In this document: positions 19,015 to 28,817 of the stretch, piece after piece
How the letters are laid out: every line of letters begins with the position of its first letter
Position numbering within the stretch: the stretch's first letter is position 1
Source: a virus
Lineage: Duplodnaviria > Caudoviricetes
Length of the DNA stretch: 33,733 nt
IMG/VR virus record: IMGVR_UViG_3300017761_002869
Coordinates: 1-33,733 of that record
Reading direction: 5' to 3' (one strand)
The notes under the pieces: model-generated
What the model saw: only the letters and a program-made list of their open reading frames with translations
What the model was told of the DNA's origin: nothing
Databases searched by the model: none
Position numbers and translations under genes: made by a program

Positions 19015-19422
19015 ATGGCAGCACAATATGATCTTGAAATAAATAAAAATTGTAATTTAAACGCCTGGATACAGTATCTTACTGACAGCGATGTTGGTGT
19101 GGATCTCAGTTCTTATACTGCAGAAATGAGAATTGAACGGTATAGATCAGCTAGTTATCCATTAGTTTTTGCCACACCAAATGGTGTAACTTATGGTTAT
19201 ACCGGAGCAAGTTCTGTTGGAACTGGCGCAGAATTCGGTGGTATTAATTTAAATACTAATTATAACGGAACCCCAACAGATGGCGGAATTTTAATTCAAT
19301 TAGATAAAGCCACAACGAATTCATTACCTACTGGAAAATTATTTTACGATTTAAAACTTCTTATAGGCGTTACTTATTGCGAAAAATTACTTGAAGGCAG
19401 AATTCAAGTTAATCCGGATTAA
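19015..19422 (+). CDS. Small beta-sandwich virion structural protein (BppU/baseplate-like)
   Basis: YDLEI...VDLSSYTAEMRI...IQLDKATTNSLPTGKLFYDL...LLEGRIQVNP pattern typical of phage structural adaptors; preceded by TATATA (19004-19009). Confidence 0.6.
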   Translation: MAAQYDLEINKNCNLNAWIQYLTDSDVGVDLSSYTAEMRIERYRSASYPLVFATPNGVTYGYTGASSVGTGAEFGGINLNTNYNGTPTDGGILIQLDKATTNSLPTGKLFYDLKLLIGVTYCEKLLEGRIQVNPD

Positions 19423-19432
19423 TTTATTTTAA

Positions 19433-19714
19433 ATGAAACTTAAAATTGCTCAACCTCAAAAAACACTTAAAGCAGAATTAAAACAATATTTTGCAGAAAA
19501 TGTGTATTTTTTTTATATAAAAAACATAACTAAAAATTTGATGATATCTGCAAAAATACCATTTCCTGAGTACATATATCCAGAACCTGCTATTTATCCG
19601 TATTCATTAGAACCAACGCTTTCTAGAGAAGAAAGACAAAGAATACTTGAAGATACCGAGGTTTATGCAATTGATCCAGACAGTGGTGAAATAGTAATTA
19701 TTGATAAGTCGTAA
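19433..19714 (+). CDS. Hypothetical protein; N-terminus similar to the ORF at 19719
   Basis: ORF track; MKLKIAQ...VY...IK aligns without gaps to the 19719 peptide. Confidence 0.6.
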   Translation: MKLKIAQPQKTLKAELKQYFAENVYFFYIKNITKNLMISAKIPFPEYIYPEPAIYPYSLEPTLSREERQRILEDTEVYAIDPDSGEIVIIDKS

Positions 19715-19718
19715 TGTT

Positions 19719-19817
19719 ATGAAAATAAAAATCATACAACATGAACTGGTGGTTTCACCTAAAATCAAAAAACTAAATTATAGTGATGTTTATATAATAA
19801 AAATTAAAAAAAAATAA
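19719..19817 (+). CDS. 32-aa ORF, probable frameshifted N-terminus of the giant protein
   Basis: ATG 19719 gives MKIKIIQHELVVSPKIKKLNYSDVYIIKIKKK*, ending in A9 (19806-19814); the -1 frame continues without a stop into 19868..28789. Confidence 0.65.
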   Translation: MKIKIIQHELVVSPKIKKLNYSDVYIIKIKKK

Positions 19818-19867
19818 AGTATAAAATTTTACTTGTTTCTGGTGGTTTAATAAATCCAAATAAGGCA

Positions 19868-22790
19868 TTGGGCGATCGGTATATTCCTAAAGGCGTACAA
19901 GCTAGTTACGGAACTTATACAGATAAAATCCAGTTAAATTGGAACACAGTCAGTGGTGTTAACGGTTATTATATTTACCGAGACAGTGCTCTAATAGGAT
20001 CGACCACAACAAATTATTTTAATGATACAGACTCTTTATACGGAAAATTGTTCACTTATAACATCCGATCTTTTGTTAATGATAGCGGTAATATCATTAC
20101 AACCCGTAACAGTGCTTCTGTTCAAGGTTGGAAAAAATTAATACCACCAACAAATTTAACAGTTTCTGATGGAGTATATACAGATAAAATAGTATTAACT
20201 TGGAGCAGTGTTAGTGGTGCAACTGCTTATAATCTGTATCGTTACAATGATTCGGATCCATCACCAGTTCTAACTTATTTTACTTCTACAGTAAACACTT
20301 CTTATAATGATACGGGAGTTTCATACGGAACACGCTATTATTACGCGGTCAAAGCTTCTTGTTCTTTGGGAGACAGCGAATTTAGCGATTCTGTTATTGG
20401 TAGTTTGGATAGCACTATACCTGATGCTCCTTTAAGTGTTGCCGCCAGTGATGGAGCGTATACAGATAAAATAAAAATATTATGGTCGTCCACACCAAGA
20501 GCAACAAATTACAATATTTATCGTGAACTGAATAATACTACCACCAGAATAAATTCTGGTGTTCAAGGTATTAGTTTTGAAGACACTACTGCGTTATCTG
20601 GTATAACTTATAATTACTCTATAAGTGCGTCTAATCTTGCTGGAGAAGGTCCTGTAAGCGGTAAAGATTCTGGTTGGGTAAAATTAAATATACCAACCGG
20701 ACTAGTGGCATCTGATCGCACATATACTGATAGAATTAATATTTCTTGGAATGCGGTTCAGGGAGCAACCGCTTACAAGCTTTTTAAAGATACTAATTTA
20801 TTGACTACAACAACCAACACACAATATGACGATACTTCCGTTGTGTTTGGTCAAAATTACAGGTATTCGGTTAAAGCTTCTTCTGCTCTGGGAGACAGTG
20901 ATATTAGTGTGGAAGACGAAGGCACGGTAGCACAGCCTGTGCCGTCTAGTATTGTTACTGGTGTAACAGCAAGTAATGCTTTATACACAGACAAAATTAT
21001 AGTTACGTGGAATGCTGTTTCTCCTAGTGGAATAAGTGGTTATAATATTTACAGAAACTCTGCTTACAATCAAAAAATTGATATAAACCCGTCGAGTCCT
21101 TCCACTTATTCTATAGAAGATACTGCTATAACTCCTGGTGTTCTGTACGGTTATTCTGTGAAAATATACAACAGAGCAGGAGAAGGACCGGTCAGTAGTG
21201 GTGCAACAGGATGGGCTAAACTAGCAGCTCCCGAAACATTACACGCGTCTGATGCTCTATTTTCTGATCGAGTCAGATTAAATTGGGCATCAGTTAATGG
21301 CGCAACACTTTATAAAATGTTTAGGGGAACTCCTACGTTAAGTTTGTTGGATACTACTACAAACACTACTTACGATGACTTCAGTGCTGTATTCGGCCAA
21401 ACTTACACGTATGCCATAAAAGCGTCTTGTACTTTAGGAGACAGCGATTTCAGTCCAGAAGATTTTGGTTCTTTGTCTGCATCACCATTAGTACCACCAG
21501 AAGCGTTTGTGACTAATATTAGTGCTTCTAGTGGTGTGTGGCCCGATCGAATTATTTTGAGTTGGAAGGCTGTAGACGGAATAAGCGGTTACAATGTTTA
21601 CAGAGATTCTTCGTATAGAGGAAACGTAACCAATACTTCTTTTGTTGATTTTTCAATAAATCCTGGCGTACTTTACGAATACAAAGTGAATGTTACAAAT
21701 CTAGCAGGAGAAGGCCCGTTAAGTTCTGGAGTTACAGGTTGGGCCACAATAATTGCTCCTACAGCTTTTAGTGCTTCTGATGATGCTTATGATGACAGAA
21801 TACGTTTAAACTGGAATACAGTTTCTGGAGCAACTGCGTATAAAATTTATAAAGGCTCTCCACTAGAACTTTTAGACGTAACAACAAACAGTGAATACGA
21901 CGATTTTACTCCCACCTTCGGTCAAGTTTACAATTACGGTGTTGCTGCATCATGTGCTTTGGTGGACACTAGTATCGTGACTGATACCGGAACGGTTGCA
22001 CAACCAGTTCCTGCAACACCTACCGGAGTAAATGCAACTGATGGTACTTTTACAGACAAAATTCAAATTACATGGAATTCTGTTCCCGGAGTAAGTGGAT
22101 ACCGAGTAAACAGAAACGGTTCTCAAATAGGTGGTACAGTAATAACCACATTTGATGATACCAGTGCTGGTGCAGGAATATCCTTTAATTATTCGGTAGT
22201 TGCATTTAATAAACGTACATCAGGCCCAACAAGCGGAATAGATTACGGGTTTAGAGGTATAGCAACTCCCACAGATTTTGCTGCTTCAGACGCTCAGTTT
22301 ACTGATAGAGTACGATTGTCGTGGTCTGGAATCAATGGAGCAACCGCTTACTTTGTTTATAAAGGCGACGCACTACAATCTCTTATAGGATCTACTGTTG
22401 GAACAGAATTCTACGATCTATCAGTAACTGCTGGTCAGGTTTATAATTACGCAGTAAAACCTTCATGTTTATTACAAACCGGTCAAACCAGTAACTCGGA
22501 TACTGGTTATCTCATACTTCCTCCACCAACCGGAGTTTCTGCTAGCGATAAAACTTTTGATGACAGAATAAGAACAATTTGGAATGCTGTTTCTGGAGCT
22601 AGTGGTTATAAAGTTTATAGAAATTCAGAAACAAGTTCTGTGATTGTTGGTACTACAATTGGAACTTTATTTGACGATTACTCTGCAATTGCGGGAGTTT
22701 CTTATAATATATTTGTTACTTCTTTCAATAAGGTTCCATCAGGAACTAATGAAAGCCTTCCAAGTAATTCTGATTTTGGTTCTGTTGGAT
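19868..22790 (+). repeat. Eleven tandem fibronectin type III-like repeats, alternating A/B
   Basis: YTDKIQLNW, YTDKIVLTW, YTDKIKILW, YTDRINISW, YTDKIIVTW, FSDRVRLNW, WPDRIILSW, YDDRIRLNW, FTDKIQITW, FTDRVRLSW, FDDRIRTIW at about 85-95 aa spacing. Confidence 0.85.
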
Positions 22791-25700
22791 TGACTGCTAG
22801 TATTTACGTTTCTACTGGAGGAAGTGATAATAATACAGGAAAATTACCAATCGATGGATTGACAGGTGGCCCGGTTGCTACTTTAACTAAAGCAGTACAA
22901 CTGGCAACAGGTTATACTGGTCCTGAACAATTTATACAAATTATTTTAAGAGGCGGAATTTACAAAATTTTGGGAACACCTTTAAACCCTGCTCTTTATT
23001 TGGAAGGCGTTACAAAGAGCATAACCTTTAAAAACTATAACTCAGAAACTGTTATAATATCTGGTTCTGAAGACGTTCCTTATAGCAGATTTTCTTTATT
23101 AAATTCTACAGATTCTAATTGGAATAGATTTAAACCAGAAGTTACCAATAATATTTACGTGGCAGACGTTTCTGATTTTGATCTAGGTGTTTTCCCAACA
23201 AATTGGAGAGGCAAAAGAGTAACAGGAGGAGATAATGGAACAATACCAGATTTTCCTGGTGTTCCTTGGCTGGTTTATAATAATCAGATAATGACTCTAG
23301 CAAGATGGCCAAACAAAACAGGAATTACCAGCAGTGGTTATTCTTATTCAGAATGTGCCACAATTTCAAATTCGCCAAACAGTATTATTAGTACAGCTCC
23401 TTATGATTACAATATTTTTAAATATCGTTACGAATACGATACCACAATACAGCGTTGGGTGAATAATGGAGCAATAGCCAGTGGTGCTTGGATTAATATA
23501 TTTGGTTATTACGATTGGGTAAGCGAAACAGTAAAGGTTGCGGGAATTACTCTAAGCAGTGCAGTGAATTCTGGTTTTACAGCAGCTATAAAACTAGACA
23601 TGAGAACTTCTGCTTACGGTGTACAAAATAATAGTCTTTGTAATGGAGGTATAACATACACCAATCAAACACCAAGGCGTTGGTTTATACAAAATATAAT
23701 AGACGAATTGGATGCTCCGGGCGAATACTATATCGATAGAAACAATAAAAAATTATATTTCTATCCACCAACACCAATTGGAGCAACTTCTTCTGTTCTG
23801 TTAACACACAGAGCAACTTACGGCCCTGCTGCACTAGAAGCAGATCAACCTTTAAAGATGACTTACGAACGGGGCTATAATTCGTCCAGTGGTAGTGCTG
23901 TTTATAACGCTGCTGTAGGAAATACTTTTGGTTATTATCCTTATGAAGGCTGGACTGGTTCTTATATAAAGAATGTAGGTTACTCTAATTCTGGTGGATT
24001 ATTTCAATCAAGATATCCGTGGAACACTGTGGCAACAATAGATTCTATGTTTAAATTTTACAAAACTAAAAATGTAAATATAAACGGATTGATATTTAAA
24101 AATTGTTCTGGTAGTGCAATAAAATTAGAATTGTGCGAAAACGTAACCGTTAAAAATTGTTCAATTTATAACATCAAAAAGAATGCTATACGTTCTTTGG
24201 GTGGTAAAAATATAACAATACAAAATTGTTTAATACAAGATATTGGTTCGGATGCTGTTATTAATATTGGAGGAAACAGAAGAACGTTAGAATACGGAAA
24301 CAATACTGTTACCGGTTGTTTGATTAAACGATGGGGAGCAAACGGACCAGATCAAGGTAATGCTGTTGTTATAAACGGTTGTGGTAATTCTGTCTCTTAT
24401 AATCTGTTTGATGTAGGTTCCGGAAAAGCTATAGAAAATAATAATAGTAATTATAATACTATTGAATACAATTATTTTAATAATATTTTAACAGATACTG
24501 ATGATCAAGGAGCGATTTACAGTTATGCGAGTAAATCTTCTTTTGGTAATACAATCAGATATAATTTCTTTGATAATATAGGAACCAAATTGCCTGGTGG
24601 AATTGGTTTCGTTAATAGACCGTGGCCGAATATAGGTGATAGTAATCATAGTGGTTGTACTGGTCCAACAACGTACACTACTCCAGCCATTTATATTGAC
24701 GGTTATGAAAATTTTGTAAACATTTATGCAAATACTTTTTATCGTTGCATAAATCCTTCAGGTTGTATTTACAGTAATGGTACTTTACATAATGTCACTA
24801 ATAATATATTTGTTGATTCTTCTGCAGGTATGTCAATTAGAAGACCCAGTTATAATACACTAAATACCAGTTATTCTTCATTCCTAGAAGCTCAGAAAAA
24901 TTTAAACTTATTTAATGATCCTTGGTTGGAACAAGGAGCAGGTTACAGTGGATCACAACTTCAAATTAATACAGGATATGGTCCTTGGAACAGTTTTGTT
25001 TCTGGTTTTGGTGAAGACTATTATCTGTTATTGGATAATAATAACGGGTACACTGGTTCTAAAGGCATGATGAATGTTGTGGATATAACCACAACAGCAT
25101 GGCAACAAGCAGAACCTCGTCTGAGCCAATTAATAGGTATTACTGGTTCTGGTGTTAATCGCCGAATGGGATTAAGTCTTGGTTACGCATCTGACGCTAA
25201 AATCACATATACAAATAATTTAATTACTGGTTGCTGTGGATCTTACTGGATTGGCGCAACCGGTGCTTTCAGCTTACCGTCTAATCCGCTAATAGGTGGT
25301 TTTAGTGGTGCAGACAACAATATGGTAACTTCTGGATTTACTGGATTTACCGATAAACAAAATTTAAACTTTAAGTTGACAACAAAAGGTTTAACAGACA
25401 TACAAGCAGTTATACCACAATTCCAAAACATACCATTCGAATCAATACCAGGAATAAGTTATAATCCAATAACAACCACCGAAACAGTATACACACCAAA
25501 CACACAAACCTGGTATGTTCCCGGAATAACAAACGCAAATCCTGATGCAGGTAATTACGCTTCAATACACGTAGGCCACAGTCCTGTAGTATTTTACACT
25601 ACTGCAGACGGAACTGTTGGTTATATAACAAGAGATATAACACGCATTTTTAATGAGAATGTAGACTTGACACCACCAGCAAACATCGGAAAGTGTAAGC

Positions 25701-28700
25701 AGATTGTGGTTGGTTATGAATGTGCTACCGCATTACGTACTGATGGTACTTTAGTTTCATGGGGTAAAACAAATGGCTCGACAGTAGAACTAGCAGCACA
25801 AACTGATTGGTTCCAACAACAGCTGACACAAAAAGGAAGAACTGTTAAGAAGATAGCTGGTGGTGCAGGACACGTACTTGCTTTACTGGATACCGGAGAA
25901 GTAGTGGCATGGGGTAACAATGAAGCAGCACAATTAAGTGATCCAAATACTGTGTGGAGTTATATTGGTTTGATACCCAGACCAACCGCAGCTGATCACA
26001 AATACTTGACAGGATTTACTGCATACGCTTCTTCAGAATATCTACAAGACGCGTCTTCACGGCTGGTAACATTAAGTGCACCAAACGAGTGTGTTCCTGT
26101 CGTAGACACCAGTTTACGGTATAGACAATTTAGATTTTTAAATCCGGGTTGCACACTACACGCAACATATCCACAAGGCGGATATGACTCTCCTTACGTA
26201 TTCAATGGAATAACTTATCCTGGTCCAGAATTTACACCTGGATTTAGTTGGAAGGGAAAGATAAATTGGAGACCTATAACAGGTGCTCCATACGATTATC
26301 AATTCTCAAGGCAAACAACAGGAGACACGTTAAGTGTAAATTATTCACGAAAAGGTGGATGGACTCAAGGAACAGAACATATTCCAGTAAATGATAGCGC
26401 AACACAAGTTTATAATTATTTGCCTAACTCGGTATTCGGAACTGCAGGAATTACGTATGTTGATATAGCAGCAAATCGTTCTAATTCTATGGCTCTGACT
26501 AGTGAAGGAACAATACAAATTTGGGGTTGGAATTTTTATTACAACGTTACTGGTAGTGGAGACGAATCAGAAAATGGAGCAAGTGGATGGAGCAGAGCTG
26601 GTCATGGTACTTCTGGAGGAAATCCTAATGGAGGTGAATGGAATGCTGCTTCAGCATATATTCCAGCAAAATCAAGACCATATCCAGATGCTCCATCTGG
26701 CGATAAAACTGCAACTACTATTAAGACACTAAAAACTACTGCAAATTCAGTAAGTAAAATAGGTGTAAGTTATTATAATCAATACGTCATAAAATCAGAT
26801 GGTTCGTTGTTTGCTTGGGATAGAAATGAATGGGGGCAAAGCACTCCTAGAACAAACTCAGACGGAACTTTAGGTTTACCTACAGGACCGTTTACCCAAG
26901 TGGCTGGAGGTTACCATCATTCGATAGCACTCAGACAAAACGGAACTGTTGTTTGTTGGGGAGAAAATAATGATGGTGAATGTAATGTTCCTCCCAATTT
27001 AACAGACGTTGTTTGGGTTGGTGCTAGTTACAGAATATCCTTTGCTTTGAAGTCGGATGGTACACTGATTGGTTGGGGCGGATTGGATAATTTTATTGCA
27101 AATCCTGGTAGAGGAGTAAATCCACCAGCACCTGAGCAGCAACCTGCGTTAAATCTTTTTGTTGGTACTTGGTTTGAAATTCCTGGTGCTTCAAGTTTAA
27201 CTAATATTACTCCGTTTACGTATGTAAGTTATAATGATATTTTAGATATTAATAACATTACCACCACTATCGAAACACCTGCAGCAGTTAGTTCTAGACT
27301 ACAACAAATTCCTGTTGGTAGAAGAATTTTGGCTCCGCGAAGATATTGGGGTCCAAGATCAGTTTGGGGAGCAACCACCGATAACATACCGTCCAAATCT
27401 ATTCCTGGAATTACAAATGTGACACCATGGGCAGATACAGCAATAAAGGGATTAACATCAGAATGGAATCCTTGGATGGATTCTTTGGTTTCGTTGGGAA
27501 CAACTTTTGATTTCCTTATTCACGGTCAGGAAAATCAGTACGTAATTAGTTCTTACGATCCAAATTTTACGGAAAAATTAAGAGGATACACTAGCGATAC
27601 CAGATACACACAAGCAAAATACGGTATTTCTTCACTGTCCGATTTGTTGTCTGGTATTACAATAAGTAATGTTACACAACTTGCATCTTCTTCTGGTATG
27701 GAATATATTGCATTCAATAAAGTAATTGGACAATACGGTGCAGCAGTATTAAATCGTGCATTATGGGATTACTCTAAACAAAAATTACCCAATTTAAGAG
27801 GCAGCAATTATCATGGCTACCTTTCTACTGTAAATCCTGCTCCAGATTTAAACGGACATCCACAAGCTCACGATGAAAGGTTTGGTACTGCTTCTGCTCC
27901 AGACATGTACGCAATGCAAGGGCAATTAAATACTAATTGGTACGTGAATAAAACAAATACAAGTCAATTAATTTATAGATATACAGCTCCGGGTGGTTAT
28001 ACGGATGCAGATCTTATTCCAAGAACTGTTTGGTCTGGATTTATTCAAGCACAACAACTAGCAAGATCGGTGCGTCGTTCTGATGCAAGTAAAGGATTCC
28101 ATCCGTGGATTGCGTCACCTGGATATACTGGAGATTTAACTACCATTCCAGTATTATATCCATCAGACGACAGATATTATTATGAAAGTATAAGACATCT
28201 TGGTTTATTAGGAGCAGAAGTAATTTTATACTGGAACGCATCAGCAGGCCCCAGTGGTTTGTGTTTAACCTACGCCACAAAAATAAATTCAGTAGTAGAC
28301 GAATTAGCTACTAAATTTAATAATAAGAAAACGATACAAACAGTACCATCAGGTCTTACTGCTATATCTTGGAATGCAGATTATATAACAACTGGTTCTG
28401 TATTAGCAAACAACACATATTTGTGGAGAACCACATTTAAAAACGATGTTATCCGAGTTATAAACGATACAACAGGAATGACATATGTAATGGGAGGATC
28501 TACTTGTGGAGTTTGGGATACGTCAACAACAAATACTCTTCCGTCATATACTATTATAAAAGAAATACCGGTAATACAAAATTACGCAAGTTATAATTTA
28601 AGAAATACTACAACTCTTGCATCAACTACTGGATGCACTACCAGATTCGGTGCTCCGACCTACGTATTCCCGTCTTGGGATTACGATATAAAATTAATTC

Positions 28701-28789
28701 CTGGAATTTCTTTTGGCAAAATAACAATTAACGATTTTAAATATTTACAAGGAATAACTAATCCAAACAGTGGAATATCTCCATGTTAA
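19868..28789 (+). CDS. Giant virion adhesin/fibre-like protein: 11 FN3-like domains, right-handed beta-helix (GH141-like), RCC1 propeller, unknown C-terminal domain
   Basis: 11 x (Y/F/W)x-D-(K/R)-(I/V)-x3-W units; IYVSTGGSDNNTG, LRGGIY, LARWPN, NIIDELDAPGEYYID, DQGAIY; RCC1 blades such as VAGGYHHSIALRQNGTVVCWG. TTG start doubtful. Confidence 0.85.
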   Translation: MGDRYIPKGVQASYGTYTDKIQLNWNTVSGVNGYYIYRDSALIGSTTTNYFNDTDSLYGKLFTYNIRSFVNDSGNIITTRNSASVQGWKKLIPPTNLTVSDGVYTDKIVLTWSSVSGATAYNLYRYNDSDPSPVLTYFTSTVNTSYNDTGVSYGTRYYYAVKASCSLGDSEFSDSVIGSLDSTIPDAPLSVAASDGAYTDKIKILWSSTPRATNYNIYRELNNTTTRINSGVQGISFEDTTALSGITYNYSISASNLAGEGPVSGKDSGWVKLNIPTGLVASDRTYTDRINISWNAVQGATAYKLFKDTNLLTTTTNTQYDDTSVVFGQNYRYSVKASSALGDSDISVEDEGTVAQPVPSSIVTGVTASNALYTDKIIVTWNAVSPSGISGYNIYRNSAYNQKIDINPSSPSTYSIEDTAITPGVLYGYSVKIYNRAGEGPVSSGATGWAKLAAPETLHASDALFSDRVRLNWASVNGATLYKMFRGTPTLSLLDTTTNTTYDDFSAVFGQTYTYAIKASCTLGDSDFSPEDFGSLSASPLVPPEAFVTNISASSGVWPDRIILSWKAVDGISGYNVYRDSSYRGNVTNTSFVDFSINPGVLYEYKVNVTNLAGEGPLSSGVTGWATIIAPTAFSASDDAYDDRIRLNWNTVSGATAYKIYKGSPLELLDVTTNSEYDDFTPTFGQVYNYGVAASCALVDTSIVTDTGTVAQPVPATPTGVNATDGTFTDKIQITWNSVPGVSGYRVNRNGSQIGGTVITTFDDTSAGAGISFNYSVVAFNKRTSGPTSGIDYGFRGIATPTDFAASDAQFTDRVRLSWSGINGATAYFVYKGDALQSLIGSTVGTEFYDLSVTAGQVYNYAVKPSCLLQTGQTSNSDTGYLILPPPTGVSASDKTFDDRIRTIWNAVSGASGYKVYRNSETSSVIVGTTIGTLFDDYSAIAGVSYNIFVTSFNKVPSGTNESLPSNSDFGSVGLTASIYVSTGGSDNNTGKLPIDGLTGGPVATLTKAVQLATGYTGPEQFIQIILRGGIYKILGTPLNPALYLEGVTKSITFKNYNSETVIISGSEDVPYSRFSLLNSTDSNWNRFKPEVTNNIYVADVSDFDLGVFPTNWRGKRVTGGDNGTIPDFPGVPWLVYNNQIMTLARWPNKTGITSSGYSYSECATISNSPNSIISTAPYDYNIFKYRYEYDTTIQRWVNNGAIASGAWINIFGYYDWVSETVKVAGITLSSAVNSGFTAAIKLDMRTSAYGVQNNSLCNGGITYTNQTPRRWFIQNIIDELDAPGEYYIDRNNKKLYFYPPTPIGATSSVLLTHRATYGPAALEADQPLKMTYERGYNSSSGSAVYNAAVGNTFGYYPYEGWTGSYIKNVGYSNSGGLFQSRYPWNTVATIDSMFKFYKTKNVNINGLIFKNCSGSAIKLELCENVTVKNCSIYNIKKNAIRSLGGKNITIQNCLIQDIGSDAVINIGGNRRTLEYGNNTVTGCLIKRWGANGPDQGNAVVINGCGNSVSYNLFDVGSGKAIENNNSNYNTIEYNYFNNILTDTDDQGAIYSYASKSSFGNTIRYNFFDNIGTKLPGGIGFVNRPWPNIGDSNHSGCTGPTTYTTPAIYIDGYENFVNIYANTFYRCINPSGCIYSNGTLHNVTNNIFVDSSAGMSIRRPSYNTLNTSYSSFLEAQKNLNLFNDPWLEQGAGYSGSQLQINTGYGPWNSFVSGFGEDYYLLLDNNNGYTGSKGMMNVVDITTTAWQQAEPRLSQLIGITGSGVNRRMGLSLGYASDAKITYTNNLITGCCGSYWIGATGAFSLPSNPLIGGFSGADNNMVTSGFTGFTDKQNLNFKLTTKGLTDIQAVIPQFQNIPFESIPGISYNPITTTETVYTPNTQTWYVPGITNANPDAGNYASIHVGHSPVVFYTTADGTVGYITRDITRIFNENVDLTPPANIGKCKQIVVGYECATALRTDGTLVSWGKTNGSTVELAAQTDWFQQQLTQKGRTVKKIAGGAGHVLALLDTGEVVAWGNNEAAQLSDPNTVWSYIGLIPRPTAADHKYLTGFTAYASSEYLQDASSRLVTLSAPNECVPVVDTSLRYRQFRFLNPGCTLHATYPQGGYDSPYVFNGITYPGPEFTPGFSWKGKINWRPITGAPYDYQFSRQTTGDTLSVNYSRKGGWTQGTEHIPVNDSATQVYNYLPNSVFGTAGITYVDIAANRSNSMALTSEGTIQIWGWNFYYNVTGSGDESENGASGWSRAGHGTSGGNPNGGEWNAASAYIPAKSRPYPDAPSGDKTATTIKTLKTTANSVSKIGVSYYNQYVIKSDGSLFAWDRNEWGQSTPRTNSDGTLGLPTGPFTQVAGGYHHSIALRQNGTVVCWGENNDGECNVPPNLTDVVWVGASYRISFALKSDGTLIGWGGLDNFIANPGRGVNPPAPEQQPALNLFVGTWFEIPGASSLTNITPFTYVSYNDILDINNITTTIETPAAVSSRLQQIPVGRRILAPRRYWGPRSVWGATTDNIPSKSIPGITNVTPWADTAIKGLTSEWNPWMDSLVSLGTTFDFLIHGQENQYVISSYDPNFTEKLRGYTSDTRYTQAKYGISSLSDLLSGITISNVTQLASSSGMEYIAFNKVIGQYGAAVLNRALWDYSKQKLPNLRGSNYHGYLSTVNPAPDLNGHPQAHDERFGTASAPDMYAMQGQLNTNWYVNKTNTSQLIYRYTAPGGYTDADLIPRTVWSGFIQAQQLARSVRRSDASKGFHPWIASPGYTGDLTTIPVLYPSDDRYYYESIRHLGLLGAEVILYWNASAGPSGLCLTYATKINSVVDELATKFNNKKTIQTVPSGLTAISWNADYITTGSVLANNTYLWRTTFKNDVIRVINDTTGMTYVMGGSTCGVWDTSTTNTLPSYTIIKEIPVIQNYASYNLRNTTTLASTTGCTTRFGAPTYVFPSWDYDIKLIPGISFGKITINDFKYLQGITNPNSGISPC
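25559..27082 (+). repeat. About seven RCC1-like repeats
   Basis: TTADGTVG, LRTDGTLVSWG, LLDTGEVVAWG, LTSEGTIQIWG, IKSDGSLFAWD, LRQNGTVVCWG, LKSDGTLIGWG. Confidence 0.8.
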
Positions 28790-28817
28790 ATACACATACA
28801 ATAAGGATATATAATAT

